A DNA stretch of 64,000 nucleotides from Camelus dromedarius. Taxonomy: Eukaryota. This document shows positions 12,700 through 26,600 of the stretch, in pieces. How positions within the stretch are numbered: position 1 is the first letter of the stretch; each line of letters begins with the position of its first letter. The DNA is taken from assembly GCF_036321535.1 (NCBI RefSeq), contig NC_087447.1:35714001-35778000 (forward strand). Direction: 5' to 3'. Under the pieces are notes generated by a model. The model was not told the origin of the DNA, did not search any database, and was given only the letters and a program-made list of their open reading frames with translations. Position numbers and translations under genes: made by a program.

Positions 12700-14110
12700 T
12701 TATAGAATCATTTAGTCAAACATCAAATAGTTTTTCATCACCCGTTAAGCCCTGGGCTAAGGAATGGCTATATGAAGATGACGCAGACACTCCTTCTGTT
12801 GTCAAGGAGCTCACAGTTTGGCCAAGGAAGGAGGAATCTAAGAGGTGAAATAGAAGCCAATGTAAATATTGCATGAAGGGCATGTGAAAGATGCCATGAG
12901 AGCTTTGAGAAGAGAGATAGTCATTTTTCTTGGGAGAATAAGGGAGGGCTTCCTGGAGGAGGTGGCATCTGGGTTTCCCAGATGAAAAGCTGGAAAGTCA
13001 TCTCAAACAGTGTGAGCAATAGAGGGGGCAGTACATCCCTGTGGCTGCATGGGAATTGCATAAAGGGTGATATGCAAGGGAGGTAAGATACCCATCAGGA
13101 CAGCAGACTAGAGTCAGATAGAAAGGGTCTTTAGTGCCAGGGTAAGCAGTGTCAGCTGCATCCCATGAATGGGGGTGGGGGGCAGGGGTCCCACGTGATA
13201 GCAATAGAATGATGATCAAATCATGTTTTTGAAAGATGGATTGGAGAAGAGCAAGAATGGAGGCAGGGTGATCAGATGGGAGCTGCTTACACTTTTCAGG
13301 TGAGAAAGGAGGAGGCATGGGGACCTGAGGTCATTGCAGATGGAGGGAAGCAGAGTCTCAGTGCTATTTAGGAGGCAGAATCAACAGGCCCTGTGGCTGA
13401 GAGGATGTGGGAGGTGTGGTGAAGCTCAGATTTCCGACTTGGGCAACTGCATAGACGGTGGTATCCTTTCCTGAGATGGGAAATCCAGGAGGAAAAGTTG
13501 GGGGAAAGATAAGGACTGTGGTCTGGGCTGTGCTGAGTTTTAGGTGCCGTTAGGAGGGGCTGTCAGGAGGCAGACGGGTGGATAAATCAGAGGCTCAGAG
13601 GGAAGCTGAGGCTGGTGATGTTGCTTTGGGCCTCCTCAGCCTAGAGTTGGTGCTTAAAGACTTTGGAGGGAAGACACGTGTCAGGAAGAGTGTACTGGGA
13701 GAAGGGAACAGAGGACAGCACCAAGAAGCCCCTACCTTTAAAGGAAGGAAAGGGCAAAAGGAGAGAAGCCAGAGATGAGGCAGACAAGGGACAGCCAGGA
13801 GATCAGGAGAGCTCCTCTGGAGGGAGAGAGAGGCTCAAGAAGGAGGGAGCTGCCGATTTGCCTTGTAATGCTGAGAGGTCCAGACCATTGAGGACTGAGA
13901 CCTGACATGTCCACTGAATGTAGCAGTCAGTGGTCAGAACAGATGGTTTCCACAGGAGGGGGATAGTGGAATCCAGATGCAAGGAGTTGAGCAAGTGGGG
14001 GGTGAGGAACTGAAGGAGGGTAGATGGCGTCAACTCTCCTGAGGAGACTGGCTAGAAAGAGAAGGAAAGAGACGGGGCAGTGGCTGGGCATGAGGGAGGT
14101 CGATGGAGGA
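12700..14110 (-). mobile_element. L2 LINE relic
   Basis: gcttcctggaggaggtggcat, aggagctcacagt and other L2-like segments. Confidence 0.75.
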
Positions 14111-16309
14111 TTTGAAGCTGTGATGGTGGTCACAGCCCTCTTTCCACCGACTTCTGGCTGACGAATGAGGTCAGAGTCTGCTTTGGGACCTTTCTCCTCT
14201 GGGTCAGGCTTCCCGTGGAAGACAGGGCTTGGGTCAAATGTCTGTTCCCTCCCCCTTTCTGTGTGTGCGGGTGTTTGTGGGCATGTGCGTGCCCAGGTGT
14301 ACAGGCAGCTGGAGTAAAGAGCCCCTAGGCAGAGCTCTGGCTCCCCGCCTGGTCTGGAGCCAGCCCCAGGGCAGCCCCAAGGCTCCTGCGGGGGCAAGCC
14401 TGCATCTTTTCTCCAAGACGAGGGTGAGAAGTAGGAGGCAGGCTGTGGACCATCAGGATCTGTCAGCGAGTGCAGCAGGTCTGCCCACCATCTGGGCCCT
14501 GTCAGACGGGCAGGGCTTTTCCTCCATTAATCTCTGATGAGCTTGGCCCAGCTTTCATTTCAAAAGGCTCCACTTCTTTTCCCTCTTCCACTCAGCTCCT
14601 TCTTTATACCCCCTCCCCAAAACAGGACTAAAAATTATGCCTTCTCCCTTCCTCGGTTTCCCAACCCAGCTGGGGCCAGAGAAAGCTTTGAAATTGGAGC
14701 AAGGCTCAGGATGGGGAGGGAAGGGATGCTGATGTAGCTGCTGGGGAGGAATGGCCAACAGCGCTCCCAAGTGATGGGGAGAGAACAGAGATCTCTTGAG
14801 TTATCAGATCTGGCCCCTCGGGATCTCTGATCCTTTCTTTCCCATCTCCAACCAAGTGTCCACCCATCATCTGTCTTTCTTCTCCTCATCTTACGTCCCT
14901 GGAAATCATTCCTGGTACTTCTATTCCTCCCCTGGGTGTCTCCGTAGACTAGGGACAACCCTCTTGGCCCATCAGGGAGTGAGTGCTGGCAAAGGCTGCC
15001 CTGTTTTCAGCTGCCTGAAATCAGGTGCTTCCAGGGCCATGAGCGAGGGGCTTTGGGAGCCTGGTCTTCTATCTTCCTCCCTCCACATTTCTCACATGGT
15101 GCAGAGGACCAGCGCTGAATGACTGTGTGCGTGCCAAATGCAAAATGGGGTATTGGGCTAACCAGGATAGAGTTTAATGTAGCTCAGAATCCAGGAATAG
15201 TGTGGAATGTCAGAGCTAGGAGAGACCTTGAGACATATGGTCCAGCCCAATTATTGTACACAGAGGGATTTAAGGACCCAGAGAGAGAAGAGTGATCACA
15301 CAGGGCCAAGATGGGCACTGGGCAGTGAGGCTCTCACTTAAAGATCTACCTAGTGAGAAGTCCTGCCACAGGCATCAGAGTCATACGTGAAGGGCTGGGT
15401 TTGCTTCCTCATCAGCGGGGGCCAGGGTTGTCCTGAAGGTGTTTCATGACAGCTCTGGGTTCCATAGACTGGAGATGGGGAGTGGATGGGAGACAGTCAA
15501 GGGCCAGTTTGTAAGAGGGGGATTGAGGGGAGGTTAAGTGGCTAAGGATAAAATGCAAGGTTAATGGAAGCCATTGTTACTAGGTTCTTGCCTGTGTGAG
15601 TCTGTCTCTTTCTGTTCTCATGAAGTGGGGATTCATTCAGCAATGGAAGACTGATTATATGGGGACAGGATGAATCTGACTACAGGAAAACACAACTCAA
15701 AGCAGACCAAACAAGAAGAGCACCTAGTAACTCATGTAACAAGGAGTTCAGCAATAAAGTGGGCTCCAGGACTGGTTGATTCAGCAGCTCAACCATGTCA
15801 TCAAGGATTCTGGTTCTTTCTCAGTTCTGCCTTACTCCACATCACAAGACGGTTGCCTCCTAGTTGTGAGGTAGCTGCCAGCAGAAAAGGGGATTTCCCC
15901 CCCTTTATTCAATTTAATGGGAAAGACGAAAATAATTTCTCCTCAATCATGGAATCCCTGGACCAAAGCATTTACCAAGAACCAGCAAAAATAATCCTAT
16001 ATAATATATTAAAATAGATTTTTTTTTAAAAACCACTTTTTTTTTTGGAAATAAAAACCTGATTGATGGGGGGGGGGGGGAATAATAGAAATCCTGATGC
16101 ATATAACCTAGACAGAATCAGTGAAATAGAGTGCCAAGGAATTCTCTCAAAATACAGAGAGGTAAAAAGCATGAGACCTGAGTTTAAATATGGGGAGACT
16201 CAAGACTTCTGCTTATGCCTAGGATGTGGAAAGTTGGAAAGAGAATTACTCATTTTTCCTGCACTAACAAAATGAAAAAGCTGGATAAACTACAAAATCA
16301 TAAGCTGCC

Positions 16310-16880
16310 TGTAGTGGCCAGCTCCCAGGATAGCCCCTGGAGAGCCCTGCTTCCTGGTATTTACACCCCTGTGTAATTCCCTTCCATATGGCACCGGGGT
16401 CAGTCAGTGAGCCATACAAGACAGCAGAAGTGATGGTATGCCACTTCCAAGACTGGGTTATAAAAGACTGGGTTTTCTGTTTGGGGTTCTCCCTCTCCCT
16501 CCCTGTCTTTTCTCTCTCTCTCTCTTTCTCTCTCCTATCACTTGCTCTGCAGGAAGCTGCCATGTTGTGAGCAGCACTGTGGAAAGGCCCACGTAGCAAG
16601 GAACTGACATCTCTGACCAACAGCCAGCAATGAACTGAGGCCTGCTGACAACCGTGAGCATGAGGTGGGGAAGTTCTTCAGCCCTACTCAAATCTTGAGA
16701 CGTCTATAGCCCTGGCTGAAGCTAGACGGCAACCTTGTATGAGACCCTGAACCAGAGCCACCTCATTAAGCCACTCTCATGTTCCTGAGACGTGGAAACT
16801 TCAAGATAATAACTGTGTATTGCTTTAAGCTGCTACGTTTGAGGGCTGATTTGTTACGTAGCAGTAGATAAACAATAATG
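16310..16880. mobile_element. MaLR solo LTR (MLT1-type)
   Basis: tgtagtggccagc start; ttaagctgctacgtttg...ttgttacgtagcagtagataa end. Confidence 0.8.
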
Positions 16881-17064
16881 CATCAGAGAGTGGAGGGTTC
16901 AGGGTAACCAAGAGCCTGAAATTGAAACAAAAACAGGGCCCTCCCAGCGAAGACAGGTAGTGAGCATTTGCTTACCTATGGTAGAATACGAGCAGAAGAG
17001 ATCTAGGTGCCGTAGAAAGATGTAAAAAGAATAGATAAATTTTTATCTTTATTTTTGATGCATC

Positions 17065-20000
17065 AAATGATTTTTTATTGAGGTATAATTGACATATAAC
17101 ATTATATTTGTTTTAGGTGTACAACATAATGATTCAATATTTATATATATTGTGAAATGATCACCACAGTGAATCTTGTTAATCTGTCATCATACATAAT
17201 TGCAAAAATTTCTTCTTCATGTGATGAAAACTTCTAAGATTTATTCCCTTAGCTACTTTCAAATATGCAATACAGTATTTTTTTTCCTGTTGGAAAATGC
17301 ATCTTCATCCTAAGAATTCTCACAAATAATTTTTAAAATTTATTTTCTTTTTTAATGTATTCTTTACTGCTATATAGTATTAACTCCCTCTTTATTAATA
17401 AATGCATTGTTTAAATTACAAATATTTGTAGATTTCTCAGCCATCTTTGTCACTAATTTCCAGTTTAATTCTGTCTGGTAAGAGAACACACTTCGCATAA
17501 TTTCAGTTTTTAAAACAATTTCTTGAGGTTTGTATAGTGACCCAGAATATGTTCTCTTTTGGTGAATGTTTCACGTGCACTTGAGAAGAATGAATTTCTG
17601 CTGTCAGTCGGTGGAGTTTTCTTTGTGAATTTGGTCAGTTTGACTGGGAGTGCTGTTCAGATCTTCTATATTTTTACTGATTTGTTTTCTACTTATTGTA
17701 TCTGTTACTGAGAAAGAAGTTTTGATGTCTCCAACTGTAATCATGGGTTTGTCTATTTTTCCTTTTAGTTCTATTTGTAAAATTCCACCTAAGTTGATAA
17801 ATTTATGGGCATTAAGCTGTTCCTAATAATATTTTATTATCCTTTAGTGTCCTTGGGATCTGTATTGATGTTCCTGTATTAATTCCTAGTGTGGGTAATT
17901 TATTCCACTCTCTCATTCTGGATTAGTCAGGCTAAAGGTTTATCAATTTTATCAGGCTTCTCAAAAAACAAGATTTTGGCTTTATTGATTTTTCTCTTGT
18001 TTTCTTCTTCTTTGTTTTCCATTTTATCAGTTCCACCTTTATTATCTTTCTTACATTATTGTTATGATTATTTTGGATTTAACTTTCTTTTAATTTTTCT
18101 TTTTAATTGTCTTTTCCTTTTTTAGTTTCTTAGAGTAGGAAATTGAATCATTGATTTGAGACATTCCTTCTCTTTTAATACAGGAAATTAATGTTACAAC
18201 TTTCCCTCTAAATACTGCTTTAGACCTATCTCTGAAATTTTGATATGGTTTACCTTCCAGTCACTTCTAATTAAAAAAATTTTTTTCTTTGACCTGTGGA
18301 TCATTTAGAAGTACTGTTTCACGTTGGAATATTTAGAGATTTTTGTTTTTGTTAATGACTTCTAACTTGATTCCACTGTGGTAGGAGAAAATAATTTTTA
18401 GGCTAGTATTTTTTTTTTAATTTATTGAGATTTGGTCTATGGCTAAGAACATGGTTTATCTTTGCAATATTCCATGTCCACCTGAAAAGAATGAGTATTC
18501 TGCTTTTGTTGGGTGGAGTTTTCTATGAATGTAAGTTAGGTCCAGTTAGTTGAGAGTGTTGTTCAAGTCTATAGCCTTACTGATTTTCTATGTACGTGTT
18601 CTATGAAATATTGGTAGAAGGGTGTTGAAAACTTCAAATATAATTATAATTTTTTTTTGCTGCATGTATTTTGAAGTTCTCTCATTAGGTGCTTGCAAAT
18701 TATTAATTGTTATGTTTTCTTGATCAACTGACTCTTTCATAATTAGATATCCTTTTTAAAAATCTCTGATAATATTCCTTGCCCTGAAGTCTACTCTAAT
18801 ATACCCATTCCAGCTCTCTTATGGTTAAAAGTTGAATTCATTTCTATTCTTTCATTTTTAACATATATGTGTCTGTGTATTTAAATAAAAATCTATTCAA
18901 CCTCTTTTTATTGAATTATTTAGATCATTTATTTTTAGTAAATATGATAATTTAATATAATAATATAATAACTGAGTTGTAATCTATCATCTGACTATTT
19001 GTTTTGTATTTGTTCCATTACCTTGCCTTGTCCCCCTTTATTTTCCTTGTCTTCTGCTTGTTTTTGTTTTTGTTTTGTTTTGTTTGGTTTTTCATTAATC
19101 ATTTTTTATTTTATTTACCTCCAACATTGGTATATTAGCTATAACTTTTAGTGATTGCAAAATGGTTTAAAATAAACATCTTTAATTTATCTTTATCACA
19201 TCACATTTGCCTTCAAATAATGTTACACTGCTGTATGTGTAATGGACAACAGTATATTATGTGACCTTACAGCAGTTTACCTGTATTCTATCCTTCTTGT
19301 TATTGTTATAAAATTTTTTGCTTCAATCTATATAATTACCATATAAAAACATTGTTATTTTTGTTTTAGACAGTGAGTTTTTTTTTAAAATCTTTACTGA
19401 GGCATAATATACACAATATCAAATTTACCAATTATAAGTTTCAATGAACTTTAGTAAGTTCTGTAACCATCACTACAATCAGTTTCTAGAATAATTCCAT
19501 TACTTTAAAAGTTTCCTCCTTTCCATTTATACTCTCATCCCAAGCATTGGGTAACCATTGATTTGATTTCCGTCTTTGTATTTTTGTCTTTTCATATAAA
19601 TGGATCCACAATACATAGTCCTTTATATTTGGCATTTCACACTTAGCACAATGTTTCTGAGATTCATCCATGTTGTTGTATGCATTAACAGTTAATTTCT
19701 TTTTTTATTCTTGAGTACTGTGTGTGTATGCCACATTCCGTGTATTAGTTCACCTGTTGATGGACATTTGTATTGTTTCCAGTTTGGGGCCTTTGTGCGT
19801 AATGCTACCATGAACTTTTACAAGTCTTTAGGGTACATAAATTTCCATTTATTTTCTGTATCTACCTTGGGGTGGACTCTCTCGGTCCTGTGGAAGTATA
19901 TGCTTAACTTTTTTTTTCTGGTTGGTCACCATCTGTTAACATGTTGTGTGTATGTGTTTAATTTAACTAGTTCCCAGAGAAGCCTTAGGATGGAAGATAG

Positions 20001-22620
20001 TACAATGGATTGAAGGAAGAATAGTTGTTAATATGTTGAACAGTATCCCCTCTTAAAACTCATAACGTGCCCTGGCTCTGTGCACCCTCAGATCCAGCCT
20101 ACTCTTGGCGCCCCTAGTCAGGGTTACTTAACTTTGGTGCTCAGCCCCTGTTCCCCACACCTCTGGCTTCATCCGAAACCCTCTCTCGTGTGGAGGCTGG
20201 TACTCAGCCAACCCTTCTCCTTCCACTCATAGAATTGTTGTGATTGTTTTTTGCTATTTATTCCTGCAGACTTCCCTATCCTCCTCCTCATCCTTAAATT
20301 GCGTCTACAACCAAGTCCTACAGGAAGGCAACTTTCAGTGATTTTGATCTCCCTGCAGTGAATTATTTTGAAGTCAGACACATGGTTGGTTTTGAAATCA
20401 AAACTCAGGAGGTGCTAAAAACTTCCATGGACGGCTCGACGTTATTTAGTTTCTTACCATGTCTTTGTCTGGCTTTGGTATTGAGGTAATATCAGCTTTA
20501 TAAAATAAGTTGGGAAATGTTCCCTTCTTCTCTATTTTCTAAAAGAGCTTGTGCAGGATTTTTTGGTATTTATTCCTTGAACGTCTGATAGAATTCACCC
20601 GTGAGGTCACCCGGGCCCAGGGTTTTCTTTGTGGGATGAATTTTACTTATCAATTCAGTTTCTTTACTTGATACAGGTCTTACATATTTTCTATTTCTTT
20701 TTGAGTCGGTTTTGGTAATTTATCTTTCTCAGACTTTCTTCTTTACTTCATTTAACTTTTCTAGTTTGTTGGCAGGAAGTTATTCATAATGTTTCTTTAT
20801 AATTCTGTAGGCTCTATTGTGACGTTGTTGCTTTCACTCATTCCTGATTTGGGTAATTTGTGTTTTCTCGTTTTTCTTCTTGGTCAGTCTGGCTAAGGTT
20901 TATCAATTTTATTGATATCTTCAAAGGATTAATTTCTGGTTTCATTTGCTTTTGCTGTTGTTTTTCTGTCTTCTATTTCATTGGTTTCTGCTACGATTTT
21001 TATAATTAATGTCCTTCTGCTTACTTGGATTTGATTCAGTCTTCATTTTATGGCCTCTGGTGGTAAAAAATCAGATTACTGATTTTGAATCTTTCTTTCT
21101 AAAATATGTTTAAAACCATTCCCTTTCCTCTAAGGGCTACTTTAGCTACATCCCATAATTTTTACTTTGTTTTCATTTCCATTCCTTTCAAGATATTTTC
21201 AGTTTCACTTGAGATTTTTCCTTAGTTTATTTAGAAGTATGTTGTTTAATTTCCAAATATTTCAGACACCCCAGATTTCTCTTTTTGGTTGATTTCTGAC
21301 ATAATTCCCTGGTGATTGGGGAAATGTTTTGTATGATTACATTCCTTTTAAATTTATTGAGCCTCATTTAATAATATAACATATAGTCTAGCCTGGGGAA
21401 TGGCCCATTTAAGCTTGAAAACTATTATTTTTGTTATTGTTAATGGAGTGATTTATATATATCATTTAGGTCAAGTTGGTTGATAGTGTTATTCAAGCGT
21501 TCTTATTGCTGATTTTCTGTCTAGTTTTTCTATCAGTTCCTGAGAGAAGAAAATTAACATTTTTAACTATAATTGTTGAATTGTCTATTTCCCTGATGGC
21601 TGATGATTATGTTTTCTCTAATCTGTTAATTCCAGTTTTCATTTAAAATTTTGTGTTTTCACCTCCAAAGTTTCCATTTTCTTCTTTCATATCTACTGTT
21701 TCTTTCCTCATTATGTTCATATTCTTCTCTACTTTCTTGACCATATTTATAATAGCTATTTTAAAGTCCTCATCTGTTATCATCATCTTTGTCATTTCTA
21801 TGTCTGTTTCCATTGACTGATTTTTCTCATTGTTACGAGTCACATTTTCCAGCTTCTTTGCATGCCTCATAATTTTTTTATTGAGTTCTAGACATTATTA
21901 TAAGAATATTTAGACTTTGTTGGTTCTTATAATTAAGTTTCTTGTGTATCAGCATGGGCAATTTGAGGTTTGTTTGAAGCTTAATTAGGGTGGGTTAGGG
22001 TAGGACTTTACTCTAGGGTTAGTGTTTATCCACTCCTATTTATCCAGTCATCTTCCTAAGGTATGACCCTTTCTGGAGACTCAATTAAGTGTGCTGATGC
22101 TGAATGGGGTCTCTCCACCCTGACTGTTAAGAACTTGAATGTCTCCCAGCACTGTGTAAGCTCCAGGAATTGCTCAGTTACAATTACCCAATAGTTCTTT
22201 GCCCAGCCTAATGGATGTCCACCTTAGACGCATGCACTTGGTATTCAGCAATAGATTTAATCTTTGCAGGTTTCTTCCACTCTGGTAGTCTGCACACAAG
22301 CTCCAGTTGCCTCAGACTTTCTGAATTTGATCTCTGTCTCCTCAACTTGGTGAGACCACCATGCTCTTCTGGGGCTTCCCCATCTCTGTACCTCATTCCA
22401 GAAAATGCCTCCAGGCAGAAAGTTGGAGCTTTCTAGTAAGACTCACTTAATTTGTTTCCCTTCCCTTGGGGATCCCAGCCCTGTACTGCCTGTTGTCCGA
22501 TATCTGAAAACACATATTTAATGTGTTTTGTCCAATTTTCTAGTTGTTTAATTGCAAGGTAAGTCTGCAATTGCCGAGTACTCAGTTGTGAGGTCGTGTA
22601 TGTTTTCAATTTTTAAAAAC
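17065..22620 (-). mobile_element. Cluster of nested old L1 fragments
   Basis: T-rich antisense L1 ORF2/3'UTR motifs throughout (gctaaaggtttatcaatttt, cttgagaagaatg). Confidence 0.8.
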
Positions 22621-25600
22621 TCCTTTTTGTTTCCTGACTGTGCTTTTACATATAAGCCTCTTATGTTATGGATACTCAAATATCCTGATATGAATCATCC
22701 TGGGAATGTTAATTAGAATACTATTCCTGTCCTTCGTGTTTCTTGAATTGATGGTATTTCACTGAGGGAAATTTCCTCTGCCATCTCAACTTGGACACTA
22801 TTTTTTGGGTTGGCCATTATTTTCACATATTCAGTGAGTTTTAACTGACTGATAATATTTTTAATAGAAGTTGAGATTAATTAGAATTGGCACCCTGTGG
22901 GGTTCCTCTGCAACTACGTGGGTGGGAGGTGGAGAGAGACATACCATAACCATTTATTCATTGGGTGATGCTGGTTCCTCTTATACAAAGATCACATGGA
23001 TGTTTCCTGTACAGTGAACTCGTTTAATCTTTGCCTAATTCTCACAACTATTATAATTACTATTCCAATTTTACAGTTGAAGAAACAAGTTCAGAGGGGT
23101 TCAGTAACTTGCCAAGGTCAGAACTAATAAGTGAAGCAACCAGGATTAGAAACCTGCTTCTTAGGCAGTCTGTTCAACCTGTGCAGTATACTGCCTCCCA
23201 CTGCTTCATAGCCTCCAGAAATTTCATATATCTGGCCTATTGATGGACTTGTTTCATTACAGGTACAGATATTTTCTAGTTTTAAATTTTTCTTTGTCAT
23301 TTCAAATGGCTTTTTGAGTATTTTGAGAATACTCATTACATTAATTTTTTTATCTTGAAGATATAGTCCACAATATCTTTCCATACTTTAAGCTATTTAA
23401 GTTAAAATCTTTTAAGTTAAAGTCCTCAGTTCTACTGAGACAAAGAAATAGACATTTTTAAAGGACTTCATATATACTTTGTAAAATAAAAATTTTGAAA
23501 CTTTTATCAAGACATCTCCATCAAACAGTGCATAAGAATGCCAGCTACTCCATGGAGGGTAGTTTTTAATTGGTGTCTTTGGAAGATCGAAAGTTTCTAA
23601 GATGTCTACTGGTGGAATTTGAGGCTCAGTGACATATGGGCAGAGGAGATATTTTGGGGAGCAGTCTCTTCCCTGTACCTCCCAAACCCCTTACAGACCC
23701 CCTTTCTCCTCCGGTGGCCCCTCCTGCACATGCTGGGGGCAGGGCCTGGGCTGGGGGCACCTCTGCCAGGATCCTGCTGATCTATGTTCTTGCCTGACAC
23801 TCAGCAGCTGTCGCAGAGGCGTGGGCTGCAGGCGCTGTTCCCCATGGGCCGTGTGCAGGCTGCAGGCCGGGGATCCTTTCCCGCCTAATCCGAGGGGCAC
23901 TGGCGGTGGGGAGGGAGACAGCTGGGTGTAACTGATCTGCAAAGGAATGGAATGGTGCAGGCCTCCCAGTGCTGGGCTGGGCTGTCTGCAGGCTGCCCTC
24001 CCCAGCTGCCAAGCCTTTAACCCTTCCCTCTCTTACTTCTTTCTCCCCGCCATCCTGGGAGTTGATGTCACCCGGCTAGCTCAGCCAGGTCCCAGAAACG
24101 TCCCCATTTGGGTCTGAACACCTTGCAGAAGACCTGACTTTGTGATAGTTGCTGTTGGGGAGGTTACAGCAGGAGCAAAGGGCTTGGGTCTTGTCTGGTG
24201 AGCTTCCTGTCTCAGAAAGAGACAAAGTTCTGGAAGGCCCAGCAGGTGACTCAGACAGTGGCAGCTGTGAGGTCAGAGCAGGGAGGCCTGGCCTGTGTGG
24301 CAGCTCTGGGAAGACTCCCTGGAGGATGCAGCAAAAGGAGCACTGATTTGGAGTCTGGTGCTTCCTCCACCTGTTGCTCACTTTGCAGTGAGAGCTTGGG
24401 TCAGTCACTGTCTCTCTGGGATCAATTTCCTGCTCCTGAAAATGTAGAATTTGAAGAAGATCTTTAAGGTTTTGTCCATAGCAGTAACAACAGCTCCATT
24501 CATTAAATGTCTACCATAAGCTAGGAGCTTTATCAGTAAACATTCTCACCAACACTTTGCCAGATTCTCATACCCATTTTAGTGACAAGGAAGCAGATTT
24601 GGAGAGAATAAATGGAGAAAACAGCCATTCAGGGACAGAGCCTGCCCCTATAATCCAAGCTCTTCCACTGCATCCTGCTTCCTCTTCAGCTCCAATAATC
24701 TGTAAATCGTGATTTCGTTCAGGTAGAATGGAGGCAGGATGCCCAGCAGGCTGGGGCACAGCAGAGGCAAAGGCTTAGATGTGCACCAGGGCTCCTGGAT
24801 GAAGGGTGGGCTGGGGCTGGGTTGGGCTCTTTGCTCCTGCTCTTCTCCTGTGCTGGTCACAGCTGGGCTGGCACCTCCTGGCTCAGCCAGGCAGCCTCAC
24901 ACATGGCCACAGCCTCTGCAGTTGTCCAGCCCATTCCCGTCCATGATCTCACTTGACCCTCCTGCCAACCCTTGGATGCAGAACCTGTCATCCCTCTTCA
25001 CGGTGAAGGACTGAGGCTTGAAATTTGCCAACATTGCTGTAACTGGTAACTGGCAGAAGAGAGACTAGAACCCTCTTTCCACTGCCACCTCTGGCTTCCT
25101 GGAGGAGGGGGCCTGGAATACTAGCTCCTAGGCACCCAGATCCTCTTCATGCTCCTCCGGGTTGAAAAGGAAAGAATGTCTATGTGCTCTGGAGTCAAGC
25201 ATGGGCTAAAGTCCTGACTCCCCCACTCTCTGGCTGTGCAGTTGTTTAACCTCTCTGAGCCTTAGCTTCCTCCTGTGCTATAAATGAAATCTTAGAGGAT
25301 AATGAATGAATTGTGGAGCTAGGCCTGCATCCCTCTTCCCTGAGCAAACCATAGACACGGGCTGGCATGTGACACCCCAGAGAAACAGAACTTAGGGCTG
25401 TGGAGGCGGGGCTAATGGCCAAAAAGAAGGATCCCATGGGCTGGGGTTTTGCGGTGAGGTGGGGGTCAGGGCTGGTCTGAAAGCTGAAGGGAAGAAAAGG
25501 ACATTCCAGGTAAGGCACAGGCCACAGGCAATGCAGAGGCAGGAATGGACATGGTGTGGGAGGATCTGGCTGGGAAGACACTGAACCAGAGGGAGGTGGG

Positions 25601-26254
25601 TCTTTATGGCGTGTAGGGGCTGAGTAGCAAGCTTAGAGAATGGTTCAGCTCTGGAAAACCAGTTTTCCAAAGGTGCAGGGGCTGGACCAGTTACCTACCA
25701 TGTTTTCTCCCTATCTTCCCCTACGGCCCTGGATTGCCAGGACCTCTGGGCAAAGGGCCGGGTAAGGGTACAGTTCCAGCTGGGGAAAGACAGCTGTGAG
25801 GCCTCTTGCCTGCTGCAGGGGATTAACTGGCACCACCACAGTATGTGGGGGGCACCTGGCTTCCGGCTTTGCCCTCCCCATACCCTTTAACTTCTTGCTG
25901 CCCAGGACCCTTGCTTTCATGTTTAAAGGCATGTTCATTCTCATTTGTCGGTGCCCTGTGTTGGACACTGGGGACACAGAGATAAATAGAGATCTAGGGC
26001 AGGTTCTATCTAGCCAGAGGCATCTTTAGCCATCACTGTCCCTCCTCATGCCACCACAGGACTTCTGAGAACCTTGTTATCTTTCTACCAGCAAAATCCT
26101 TCTCTCTCCACTGGCTCCTTCTAGGACATATGGTTAAGTCACTACCTTCCTGAAACCATCAGACAAATAAATCTTCCCTTGACCTCATGCCTTAACTCAT
26201 CTGTCTTCTCAGCCGAACTCCTTAGAGTTGTCCACAGTCTCTCTACTTCCTCAC

Positions 26255-26600
26255 TGAGAAGACACTGTCTACCAGACCCATCTCCCTTCTTCCTGGGCAC
26301 ACAGCTGGACTACATTTCCCAGCCTCCCTTGCAGTTAGGGATGGCCACATCTATGAGTTGTGGCCAGTGGGATGTGAGTGGAAAAGAGCCAGCCACTTTC
26401 AGTCCTGCTCCTCCAAACTGCCAGTGCATGCTCCCTGCACTCCTCCCGGGGCTGGCTTGATGCAGATGAGAATGGGAGGCTCATGCTGAAAATGGTAGAC
26501 CCTCCAGTCAGAGGAGCCGGAGTCTCTGAATCATTTCAGATTCAAGGTTCCAGTTACCCAGGAACATCTATTTTTCTTTTTAATAGGAGGGAGAAAGAAC
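26255..26600. mobile_element. MaLR LTR fragment (MLT1-type)
   Basis: ctacatttcccagcctcccttgcagttagg motif. Confidence 0.7.
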
